Of a stretch of DNA of 35,556 nt, positions 1 to 10,600 are shown piece after piece. How positions within the stretch are numbered: position 1 is the stretch's first letter; each line of letters begins with the position of its first letter. The position numbers were made by a program, and so were the translations under genes. The stretch covers positions 9,867,627 to 9,903,182 of the forward strand of contig NC_069000.1 of NCBI RefSeq assembly GCF_001194135.2, in the 5' to 3' direction. This DNA is from Octopus bimaculoides. Its lineage: Eukaryota. The notes under the pieces are model-generated. The model was not told the origin of the DNA. It saw only the letters and a program-made list of their open reading frames with translations, and did no database searches.

Positions 1-149
1 CCACCACCACCACCACGACCTATCATCTAATCAGCTATCAAATTTCTCTTCCTCTTTTCGTCTCTTTTACTTCCTTATCTATTCACAGCTCTAAGTAAAT
101 AACCAGTCACAACAATAGTTGTCTTGCCGATTCTCATTATTAACTTAAC

Positions 150-204
<55 letters not shown>

Positions 205-739
205 GCCCGGATGCAGTACCAGGCAGTGGCTCTCATGGTTTTTCTGATCTTAATTGATCAGAAGTGTTATCATGTACATTGTTTCGTCTTGGTATAAAAG
301 ATGGGCTACAGGAAATATTCTGCTCAATACCACAGATTTGCTTGTCAGTTGTTTGACCTTAACCAGTTGAGCATGTCCCTTGGTGGCTGACGATATGTGC
401 ATCTCTGATCATGAGCAGAAGTAGTAGGGGAGCATCATAGCCATGTGTTGAGAGGAATTCTTTGGCGTTCGAATAATTCTCCTTTGGAAACATGGGTGTT
501 TTGCTCAACATCCTTAAACAAACCTTATTCAGGGACCTTTTGAGCGGGATGGGCTACTCGACCTGAAGAAAATTCTAACTGGACCCCACCTGCGAGGGCA
601 TGCGCTGTTTATCTTCATATGAGATCACCATGTCACGCACACATGGTTGTGATACATGTGCCTGGTGTACCCTTATCATAATGGGCTTCGTATATTTTAC
701 CCCAGTGTCACTTTGATGGCATGCACTGCTCTCTCACTC

Positions 740-793
<54 letters not shown>
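150..793. mobile_element. ~540-bp non-coding interspersed element (203-739) embedded between two (AAT)n arrays (150-202, 740-793); possibly a Dong/R4-related non-autonomous element or UTR
   Basis: Complex sequence bounded sharply on both sides by pure (AAT)n, with no long ORF. It resembles a repeat I recall from octopus DNA. Dong/R4 elements are known to target (TAA)n; the family link is inference. Confidence 0.55.
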
Positions 794-795
<2 letters not shown>

Positions 796-1139
796 CGAGG
801 TTGATGATTATTATTACTATAGACACAGTCTCGGGTGGAAAAAACTTAAAGTATACCAGGCATGAACTGAACTCTGAACCTAAAGATCCAAAACAAATAC
901 TACAAAGGAATGATTTCTAGCATAGGCACAAGGTTACAAATTGAGTCGATGGTATAAAGGGATTAAATCGACAGTAAATAGTTGAGTTATTTTTATCAAA
1001 GAGAAACTCGATCGGGATTGGGTTAGGGCACTGACCGAAAAGGGAAGTAATCAATCAAATGTCACGAGGTCTGTCTCTCTACCACTTCTGTCAGCTGCTA
1101 CTGTTGCTGCTGCTGGTGACGATGATCATGATGGTCATA

Positions 1140-1527
1140 AAGAAGAAGAAGAAGAAGAAGAAGAAGAAGAAGAAGAAGAAGAAGAAGAAGAAGAAGGATG
1201 ACGAAAAGAGAGGTGAAAAAGGAGGAGGAGAGGAAGAAGGAGAGGAGGAAGAGGAGAGGTTAAGAGGGAGGAAGAGGAAAAGAAGTAGTGGAAAAGAAGG
1301 AGAACTAGAAGAAGGAGGAGGAGGAGAAGGGGAGGTAAAGCGGAAGGTGGAGGAAGATGAGGAAAAGAAGGAGAGACAGGAGGAGGAGGAGAAGGAGGAG
1401 GAGAAGAAGAAGAAGAAGAAGAAGAAGAAGAAGAAGAAAAAGAAGAAGAAGAAGAAGAAGAAGAAGAAGAAGAAGAAGAAGAAGAAGAAAAAAAGAAAAA
1501 GAAGAAGAAAAAGAAAAAGAAGAAGTT
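1140..1527. repeat. Compound (GAA)n / (GAG)n purine microsatellite
   Basis: Directly visible; source of the poly-K/E/R and poly-L ORFs. Confidence 0.97.
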
Positions 1528-1829
1528 AGTGGCGAAGGAGGAGATGCGAAGATGCTAATCAACAATAAGAGTTGCTTATTCATGTAATTAAAACATATGC
1601 TCATATTATGCAAACTGCTACGTTTCTCCTAACCCAACTGGCCCGATTCACCCCCGATAAAACAAAACAAGGATTTGCCAAAAAAGCTCCACCACAACCA
1701 CCAACCACCAACCACCACCACCACCATCATCAACGTCAAGGAAAACAACAACAATACGAGCGAAAAATCAACAAAAAACTATAACAACAAACTAGAAAAA
1801 TGACGGCTGCTCCAAAACGAAGGTCTTAC

Positions 1830-1975
1830 CCAGTTTGGTATGTGGCAAGTAGTGTAGCTCTCTTGTGGAAGGAGGTGAAAACTAATCGTCTTGAGTAGCG
1901 GTCGGAGCTATGAACAGGCTTAGATTCTTGCAGAGTTGTTCGTTGTTCCTGCTGCATTTGGGACATCAAAGGAAT
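1830..1975 (-). CDS. Candidate exon, unknown product (IPLMSQMQQEQRTTLQESKPVHSSDRYSRRLVFTSFHKRATLLATYQT)
   Basis: 146-nt open frame ending at a good donor TGG|gtaaga. The acceptor is weak and no family was recognised. Confidence 0.2.
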
Positions 1976-2002
1976 CTGCTACTAATTCCAGGAACTAAAT
2001 GA

Positions 2003-2003
<1 letters not shown>

Positions 2004-2057
<54 letters not shown>

Positions 2058-2113
2058 CTACCTACCTACCTACCTATCTATCTATCTATCTATCTATCTA
2101 TCTGTCTGTCCAC

Positions 2114-2171
<58 letters not shown>

Positions 2172-2200
2172 GTATATCTATCTATCTATATATATATATA
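2004..2200. repeat. Compound (CT)n/(CTAC)n/(CTAT)n/(TA)n microsatellite
   Basis: Directly visible. Confidence 0.95.
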
Positions 2201-2722
2201 TAGACACGCTTACGTACGTACATACATACATGCTTACATGCGCCTGCGCACACACATATACACACACATACACAGTGTATGAATGTAATTCAGATTAAAT
2301 ACGATAATTGTGATTTTAAAATTTACTCTTTGATCTACATACGTACAAAAGTCTTTCTCACAAAATCCGTACACACAACTAATGCGCGAAGCGAGCTTGT
2401 GTAAGTATGTGTATATGCATGTATGTGAGTGTGTGTTTCTGTGTGTTAATGTCTGTCTGTCTGTGTATTTTTCTGTCTATCTCACTCTTTCTTTCTCCCT
2501 TTTTCTGTACACACTCTCTCGCGCGCGTGCGCACGCACAGAGACTTCATCATTGAAACTGAAGCTAAGGGTTTTGTCTTACGATACGATTGTCGTTATGC
2601 CTTTGCAATCTTCAGGCGAAACTTCAGTCTCAGTTTCAATATACTCTACAGTATGTATTGAGTACTGTCTTCTCATCCATTCGATATAAAGCAACGTATG
2701 TTCATATATATATATTGTTTGA

Positions 2723-2940
2723 TATTCTTTTATTCTTTTATTTGTTTCAGTCATTTGACTGCGGCCATGCTAGAGCACCACCTTAAAGAACTTTAGTCGA
2801 AGAAATCGACCCCGGGACTTATTCTTGGTAAGCCTACTACTTATTCTATCAGTCTCTTTGACGAACCGCTATGTTTCGGGGACATAAATACACCAACATA
2901 GGTTATCAGGTGATGGTGGGGGGAACAAACACAGAACCAA

Positions 2941-2982
<42 letters not shown>

Positions 2983-3241
2983 NNNNNNNNNNNNNNNNNN
3001 NNNNNNNNNNNNNNNNNNNNNNNNNNNNNNNNNNNNNNNNNNNNNNNNNNNNNNNNNNNNNNNNGTATGTATGTATGTATGTATACGATGGGCTTCTTTC
3101 AGTTTCTGTCTACCAAATCCACTCACAATGCTTTGGTCGGCCCGAGACTATAGTAGAAGACACTTGCCAAAGGTACCACGCAGTCAGATTGAACCCGGAA
3201 CCATGTAGTTGAGAAGCGAGTTTCTTACCACGCAGCCATCC
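2723..3241 (-). mobile_element. Bipartite tRNA-derived CORE-like SINE (family A), near full length, with the N gap in its internal microsatellite
   Basis: On the minus strand: tRNA-like head (TGGCTGCGTGG...GGTTCAATC), CORE-like body, (TACA)/(TG)n tract, 3' module and (ATAAAAGA)n tail. Colinear with the copy at 26527-26959. Confidence 0.9.
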
Positions 3242-3383
3242 TTTCTACTATACCACAGGTCGTAAAATTTTGCAGGGACGAGGCTAATCCATTATATCGA
3301 CTCTATTGCTCAAGTGATACTTATTTCATCGTCCCCGAAAGGATGAAAAGCAAAGTCGACCACGGCGGAATTTGAACTCAGAA
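3240..3383 (-). mobile_element. SINE family B, 5'-truncated copy
   Basis: Reverse complement of the GAGTTCAAATTCCGCC...GTCGACTTTGC-type module, also at 22481, 30856 and 32866. Confidence 0.85.
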
Positions 3384-3582
3384 AGTTGGGACGGCCCAAC
3401 CGCCAATGACCATTTCAAAATAGCTTATATATATTGGGTTAATAATCCCACTTTGTTGGATAAAAGATGGGCTTTAAACCACTATTTGCACGCTGTTATT
3501 TATAACTTTATTTCAAATTCCACCGTTAATAACAATTTATTTCACGTCTCCCAAAGTTTCTAAATTCCTGTGACGTAAACAA

Positions 3583-3727
<145 letters not shown>

Positions 3728-4215
3728 TCCTTCCCACGTGCATAGTCGTGTATGATGCTAATCACGTATGCTACTGAGTTGTGAAGGCTATTGAAGACGT
3801 ATCTCTGTGATAAAGTCAGTCTTTATCCAATCTATATATCCACAGAGATAAATTTCATTACGTAACAGTGGTGCAGTTGACTTCAATTCACTCTCCTCTC
3901 TCTCTCCCCCTCTCTCTCTCCTCCCCGCCCCCTCTCTCTCTCAAGGAAAAGCCAAGTGTTCAAAAGATTGGAACACACAGCTACCTAACTATAACGATTT
4001 ATTTTAATTCTCATCTGCAGACTTCTAGGAATTATTCTCCACCCTGCACCTAGCTATTAACAGCTAACTGGACTCATCTGTTGAGGCGCAGTAACCCGGT
4101 GACACAATAAGAATTGGATTGGTGTTCTGAAAAAGACTTATCGCCTCGCTTCATTTGTATATACAAATATATATATACTTCTGTGTATAATATATGTACG
4201 TGTCTGAGTGTGTGC

Positions 4216-4216
<1 letters not shown>

Positions 4217-4288
<72 letters not shown>
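4217..4288. repeat. (CTAT)n microsatellite
   Basis: Directly visible. Confidence 0.97.
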
Positions 4289-4289
<1 letters not shown>

Positions 4290-4619
4290 GTGTGTATATG
4301 TTTATACACACTCTTTATCCAAAAACTATTTATCCAAAGATGAAAACGAGTAGTTATACAGCACAGAACTCAATAACTCAATACAGATGAATGCGGAGTA
4401 TAATTATTTTTATTTCGAACAAATAATGTAATATAAAATTTGTATTTTCATACATGACATATAATAAACATGTACATCTTTTAGAACATTGTCATTTTAT
4501 AAAATTTTGCTGGCAAATTTTAAAATTAACATAAACATTTATTTACATGAAAGAAAATTACCGAAGAACTTTCATCTAATTCTTCCTAATCTTTCGGTTA
4601 AAACTGTATTGAAGCCATT

Positions 4620-4685
4620 TTTTATTCTTTTATTCTTTTATATGTTTTGAGCCTTGAGGCTGCAGCCATGCTGGGGCACTGCCTG
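4620..4685 (-). mobile_element. SINE family A 3'-terminal fragment
   Basis: (TTTTATTC)n tail plus GCTGCAGCCATGCTGGGGCACTGCC, matching GACTGCGGCCATGCTAGAGCACCACC at 2757. Confidence 0.7.
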
Positions 4686-4726
4686 TGAAAATAGGAGCAG
4701 ACCAGCCACCGGATGCCGGGGGGGAA

Positions 4727-4879
4727 TTTTTGTTTGTTTTTTTTCTTATCACAGCAACTGATCGCACACCAGAAGGTTTAACGGAACCTACTGGAACAAG
4801 CCAGCACGCTAACAGTATTATCACGAGCGATGGCGAGGCTAAGGCGTTGGGAAAGCCAAGCGCCCTCACGGGCATCACC
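4727..4879 (-). mobile_element. 3' end of a CRE-clade-like non-LTR retrotransposon (C-terminal motif, short 3' UTR, A-rich tail)
   Basis: Minus frame 4879-4778 reads GDAREGAWLSQRLSLAIARDNTVSVLACSSRFR*, matching the DPRExxFLxQRLSxAIQRGNAxSVL C-terminal motif of CRE proteins. An A-rich tail follows (4744-4727). Confidence 0.7.
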
Positions 4880-5028
4880 TCACACCTCATATATATATAA
4901 TTATGTCATCTTCATCCATGTCGAGATCATTGTTGTTGTTCTTTAGTTCCGGATCAACCGTAATTGCGGAGGGCTATAATCATGACCGTCTCGACTTCGT
5001 ACGGTTACTGGAGCTATATTCTCTAGCG

Positions 5029-5325
5029 CAGGGGTTTTCAAACTGTGGTCTGCGGAACACAGGGGGTCCGCAAGGACAAGACAGGGGGTCCGTGGACAGC
5101 AAATACTTTTTATGGGCAATTTGATTATATATATGTTTTTTAGTCGAAATCTTTTAATTGACAATAAACCTATTTGTTAAATACTGTTAAATAAATAAAC
5201 GTAAAAATATATGTTATTTTAAGCAAATATTTATATATAAATTTCATAAGCGTTTATAAGGGGGTCCCTAAGGTAAAGCCTGAAATATAAGGGGGTCCAC
5301 AAGTCAAAAAGTTTGAAAACCCCTG
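5029..5325. mobile_element. 297-bp non-autonomous hAT (Charlie-like) MITE
   Basis: Perfect 16-bp TIRs CAGGGGTTTTCAAACT (5029-5044 and 5310-5325) and a perfect 8-bp TSD CTCTAGCG (5021-5028 and 5326-5333). Confidence 0.95.
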
Positions 5326-5359
5326 CTCTAGCGTGTCGTTTCATTTTCTTAAGAAATTA

Positions 5360-5425
5360 GGAAGTGTGATTTGAAGTATTGTACGTAGCTATTTCTAACA
5401 GGTTGAACGACCATGTAGAGGCTTT
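5360..5425 (+). mobile_element. Old dispersed repeat (family E), with related copies near 8581-8660 (+), 28145-28220 (-) and 32300-32350 (-)
   Basis: Shared degenerate motif GCTATTTCTA(A/G)CAGGT(C/T)GA(A/G)CGACC...AGAG. Confidence 0.5.
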
Positions 5426-5911
5426 CTCATTAGCTCGTCAACGTTAACGTCATAAATTTGTGTTTTTCCGTGAAGCTCTCTGCTACCTGCTGTATATGCA
5501 CGGCTGGGAGAAATTTATTTGTTGCAGTTTGTTACTTGTTTGTTTGCACAGTTCAAGTCCGTGTACATATATGTTTGGATCAGGTTATATCTGCAAACGT
5601 TAAGCTAGTGGCTGTTACAAACATTACTTCACATATTTATTCATAGGCTGCTTCGTGTATAGTTTACAGGTAAAATATTTCTGGCTTGTCTCAGAGCAGG
5701 AATGTTGTACTTTGATGACGTTCGCTGTTCATCCTGGCAGCAAATAAAAACTGCTCATCTTTTATAACTGAGGAAATCTGCAGAGTTATATATGATCGGT
5801 TCTGCTGAATTCAGAAATACCAATCTAAAACACACTCTTCGTTAACGACTTTAAAGTATGTACTGAGAACGTAGTCTGTTTAATGAATAACTTTGATCTG
5901 GCTATTTCATA

Positions 5912-6022
5912 CCTCTCTCTCTCTTGCTCTCTCTCTCTTGCTCTCTCTCTCTTGCTCTCTCTCTCTTGCTCTCTCTCTCTTGCTCTCTCTCTCTTGCTCT
6001 CTCTCTCTTGCTCTCTCTCTCT
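5912..6022. repeat. 12-bp tandem repeat (CTCTCTCTCTTG)n running into an N gap
   Basis: Directly visible. Confidence 0.95.
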
Positions 6023-6330
6023 NNNNNNNNNNNNNNNNNNNNNNNNNNNNNNNNNNNNNNNNNNNNNNNNNNNNNNNNNNNNNNNNNNNNNNNNNNNNNN
6101 NNNNNNNNNNNNNNNNNNNNNNNNNNNNNNNNNNNNNNNNNNNNNNNNNNNNNNNNNNNNNNNNNNNNNNNNNNNNNNNNNNNNNNNNNNNNNNNNNNNN
6201 NNNNNNNNNNNNNNNNNNNNNNNNNNNNNNNNNNNNNNNNNNNNNNNNNNNNNNNNNNNNNNNNNNNNNNNNNNNNNNNNNNNNNCACACACACACACGC
6301 ACACGCACACACATTCACACAATCCGCTTG

Positions 6331-6391
<61 letters not shown>

Positions 6392-6394
6392 TCT

Positions 6395-6514
6395 AAGCTC
6401 GCTTTACAACCAAGTGGTCTCGGGTTCAGTTCCACTACACGTCACTTTGGGCAAGTGATTTCTACTATATCCCAGGATCACTAATGTCTTGTGAGTAAAT
6501 TTGTTGGACGGAAA
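6395..6514 (+). mobile_element. SINE family A 5' half, diverged
   Basis: B-box GGTTCAGTTCC, CORE-like CACTTTGGGCAAGTG, then TTGTGAGTAAATTTG...GACGGAAA. Confidence 0.75.
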
Positions 6515-6859
6515 TGTATGTATGCATGTATGTATGTATGTATAACTTTAAAAATCCGCCCATTCATCTTATACCGATATTCAGTCACTTACCTTTCAAT
6601 CTAAAAAATACTCACACTAAGTACCAAAATAAGAAAATCATAACCTAGTTCTATACATTCTCTAATATGCAAAAGAGGGCAAATAAACAAAATAACTATA
6701 AATGTTATTAGTCTAACTATAATCATAGTTATGCATTAATTTACTATAGATTATAATCTATAGTAAATTAATGCAGAATTTACAGCACTTGCATTAAGAC
6801 CAGATTTTCATATATAGCTCTTATCATAGACAAACAGCGCTGTGTAATGACATATTTAC

Positions 6860-6989
6860 TTAAAAGCCTTAAAAGTTTTGGAGTTTTCAATAAAGAACAA
6901 AGCAAACTGGCACGCGTCCTCCAAATCTAATCGATTAGTGGTACACTGAAGGATCGTTAAGCATTCTAAAGAATCTCCACTTAAGATTC
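6860..6989 (-). CDS. Candidate internal exon, unknown product (G-ILSGDSLECLTILQCTTNRLDLEDACQFALFFIENSKTFKAF)
   Basis: 130 nt, open in phase 1 to 2, bounded by ttatttctgttaattcaag| and |gtaaat; no family recognised. Confidence 0.2.
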
Positions 6990-7423
6990 CTTGAATTAAC
7001 AGAAATAAGCAATCACAATTGTGCATGCAATATATATACACGCGTACGTAAAGAGTAACCATACGTAGACTCGATTGCTAAAGAGACATGCACACCGTTA
7101 CGTGAATAAGAGTATATCCTCACATACTGTTACATAGGTGCATACATTCACATATAAGAATTCATATATTTACAGATTCTTAGAATTTTCTTGATTCAAA
7201 TACAAAAAATTCCTTGTCACTTTAATCTTGATTGGCTCGAATTCCAGAAAGAAGATCTTGACTACGTTTTCTCGAGGTAAAAAATATACATACATGGCTG
7301 ATGTTGTTTAAAGTTAAATGAAAGAGCCTTGTTCTTGACCGTTTTTTTCTCTGTTGATGAGAAATCTCAAAAGTATAACTAGGATATACAAGCATACATG
7401 ACGTACGTACCTACGTACATACA

Positions 7424-7660
7424 TACATACACACACATGCACACACATAAACGCACATACATACATATATACATGCACACACATAAACGCACATACATAC
7501 ATATATACATGCACACACATAAACACACATACATACATATATACATGCACACACATAAACGCACATACATACATATATACATGCACACACATAAACGCAC
7601 ATACATATATACATGCACACACATAAACGCACATACATACATATATACATGCACACATAC
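7424..7660. repeat. 36-bp minisatellite (CATACATACATATATACATGCACACACATAAACGCA), about 6 copies
   Basis: The AAACGCA marker recurs near 7451, 7487, 7523 (variant), 7559 and 7595, then 7627 after a 32-bp unit. Confidence 0.9.
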
Positions 7661-8232
7661 ATACATGCATACATACACACATACATATATACTTACATGC
7701 ATATACACACATATATACATACATACATGCATACAGTTATACATGAATACAAACATGTACATACATACAACCATGCATAAATACGAACATATACTAATAG
7801 GTATATAGAACCTAAAGAGAGAGGGGAGAGAGATGGAGAGAGAGAGAGTGAATGAGAGTGCGAGAGAGAGAGAGAGAGAGGGGGGGGAAGGAGAGAGATA
7901 GAGAGAGAGAGGGGGAGAGAGAGATCTTATCGACTTTCTCTTCCTTGAAGTCTTAAAAGCTCCACACATGTCACTGAACTACAAATCTTTAGAGATAAAG
8001 TGAGAACTGGGGTGGAAAAGGTACCTCTCTGTTTTTGAAGTATGATTCACCTCTTTTACGAACTTTGCTTTTTAACTTAATGAGTAAAAGTGAAAAAAAC
8101 TGGGTCAGGAGAGTTGGCTCTGTGGAGGTGGTGGTCATGGTGTTGGCGCTGGCGCTGGCGCTGATGGGAATTGCGTTCGTTAATTTATTCATCATTGGAG
8201 ACATTGGTAACAGTGCTCTGTTTTCGTGAGAG

Positions 8233-8290
<58 letters not shown>

Positions 8291-8314
8291 GGTGGTAGTG
8301 GTGGTGATAGTGAA

Positions 8315-8372
<58 letters not shown>

Positions 8373-8402
8373 GTGACGATGATGATGATGGTGATGATGA
8401 TG
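8233..8402. repeat. (GAT)n/(GGT)n trinucleotide microsatellite
   Basis: Directly visible; source of the poly-H, poly-D and poly-M ORFs. Confidence 0.97.
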
Positions 8403-8694
8403 TTGAGGAGAAGAGAAATAAACCATTTGTCTAGTATTCACGGGGAAAGCGACGGCGGTGATGTGATGATGATGGTAGTGGTAGTAAATGGTATTTTGCT
8501 AATCTTTTATTGTTGCTTTTGTTGATATTTAGCCCATCCCGTCTTCTTCAAGCATGTCCAGAACTACATTGTCCAGTGGGTTCTCTCTTGCTTAAGACGA
8601 CGAGGTTTAATCTGAAAATTAGCTATTATTTTTACCAGGTCGAGCGACCGCACAGAGACATCACCTTTGTAATTTATTTTTTCTTTGTTATTTA

Positions 8695-8868
8695 GCCTAA
8701 CACAGTCACTAACCCTAAATCTACTCCTAACCCTATTCCTAACACTAACCCTAATTTTAGACCTAATCCTTGCCCTAACCTTCTCCTTAACCCTGAACCA
8801 AAACCTAATGTTAGCACCAACCATAGCTCTAACCCTAAGCCTAATCCAAACCGTAGCCCTAACTCTAA
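8695..8868. repeat. Degenerate (CCCTAA)n telomere-like hexamer array
   Basis: About 29 hexamer periods of (C/A)CTAA(C/T)-type units such as CCCTAA and CCTAAC. Confidence 0.8.
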
Positions 8869-8874
8869 TACTCT

Positions 8875-9000
8875 TTTCTATTCTAGGCAGAAGGCCCGAA
8901 ATTTTTGGGGAGTGGGTGGGACCACGCGATTAGATCGACTCCAGTACGCAACTGGTACTTAATTTATCGAACCTGAAAGGATGAAAGGCAAAGTCGACCT
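8875..9000 (-). mobile_element. SINE family B, 5'-truncated copy
   Basis: AGGCCCGAAATTT...CTGGTACTTAATTTATCG...GAAAGGATGAAAGGCAAAGTCGACC. Confidence 0.85.
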
Positions 9001-9194
9001 CTGTGTGTGTGTGTGTATATATATGGCCTATTTTAATTTAATACTGTTTCAGTTGAGTTCACCGAGTTTTCTGCAACCCAGCAAAATACATAAATACATG
9101 CAAACAAATAACCATACTTTACATACATACATACGTACGTACGTGTGTGTGTGCATGTGTGTATGTGTGTGCATGTGTGTATGTCTGTGTGTGA

Positions 9195-9316
<122 letters not shown>

Positions 9317-9388
9317 CTACACACACACACATGAAACAGTACTCACAGAGAGAGATAGAGAGACAGAGAGAGACAAACAGACAGACAG

Positions 9389-9441
<53 letters not shown>

Positions 9442-9954
9442 CTGACAGACAGACAGACAGAAGACAAACAGACAGACAGATAGCAAGGAGGAATTTTCTA
9501 GCTTGCTATCAGATCCATGAATGTATGTTATCGTGTAAGTAGGGGTCGTTTAGAATTAACCCCCAAGTTAAGATAACAGATATCCTGGGGTCAATCTCTG
9601 ATATACAGTTTGTTTATCAGATAATTGAGGCTCCTCCGGAAATCTTTACCAGAGCCTTCGTTTATTGTGCCCCAGTTTTTCTCACGCGATATGTATTTTT
9701 GTTTTTGAATTTTCTTTTACTTCAACTTCGGACGCAGTCGGGGTTATTTCTTTAAATTTAGAACACCGAATTTCTGTTTTTCGGTCGCACATTAGTTCTC
9801 TCTATTATGAGATAGCATGTTAGATAGGGTGTTGAAATCCGAGGCTTTGTTGGGATCGAATTCGAAGGCTTATTAATATTATTATTATTGTTGTTGTTGC
9901 TGTAGTTGCTATTGTTTTTGTTGTTGGCATTTACAATTATTATTTTTTTCTTAT

Positions 9955-10118
9955 ACTTTTTTTCAGTCATTTGAAAACCCTTCAAGGCGGTGTCCCATGC
10001 TGGAGCACCGCCTTGAAGAGTTTCAGTCGAACAAACAATTCGACCCTAGGACTTATTTTTAAGCCGAGTACTTCTTCTATCGGTCTATTTTGCCGAACCG
10101 CTAATTTATGGGGACGTA
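9955..10118 (-). mobile_element. SINE family A 3' module carrying a local inverted duplication
   Basis: TTCAGTCATTTG...CCATGCTGGAGCACCGCC...GCCGAACCGCTAA, shared with 2745 and 26555. Confidence 0.85.
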
Positions 10119-10210
10119 GATAATTTTTTTTTATTCCACAACGTATTTGTAGTTTTTCTGTGAATGACAGCAGTTATACATTTCCCAGATGCCTTCGCTA
10201 AGCAGATAAC

Positions 10211-10325
10211 CTCTCTCGCCAACCCCCGAAAATCTTTCTCGCCAACCTCCGACAGTCTTTCTCGCCAACCTCCGACAATCTTTCTCACCAGCCCCCGAAA
10301 ATCTCTCCCTCCTCCAGCTGACAGT
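10211..10325. repeat. 23-bp minisatellite (CTTTCTCGCCAACCTCCGACAGT), 4-5 copies
   Basis: Units start at 10211, 10234, 10257, 10280 and a degenerate one at 10303. Confidence 0.9.
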
Positions 10326-10439
10326 TTTTTGTACTTTTTCGCGACGGAAAATACACCTTTTGCGGTAGTTATGACGAAATTGCTTTCTTATATCAGAGTA
10401 ATAAGGCGTTTCAAAAGAACATCTTTACGNNNNNNNNNN

Positions 10440-10600
10440 TATATATATATATATGACAAACTTCTTTCAGTTTCTGTCTACCAAATCAATTCGCAAGGCT
10501 TTGGTCGGCCCGAGGCTATAGCAGAAGACACTTGCCCAAGGTGCCACGCAGTGAGACTGAACCTGGAACCATGTGGCTGGGAAACAAACTTCTTAAACGC
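10440..10600 (-). mobile_element. SINE family A 5' half
   Basis: CTTCTTTCAGTTTCTGTCTACC...GGTCGGCCCGAGGCTATAGCAGAAGACACTTGCCCAAGGTGCCACGCAGTGAGACTGAACC. Confidence 0.9.

Noticed and set aside
7989-8441. Poly-His ORF resembling a His-rich transcription-factor N-terminus
   Set aside because: The His run is the reverse complement of a (GAT)/(GGT) microsatellite. The unique part (RALLPMSP...KVRKR) matches nothing I recognise.
10211-10325. CRISPR-like appearance of the 23-bp repeats
   Set aside because: The units are directly tandem with no spacers, in a eukaryotic context
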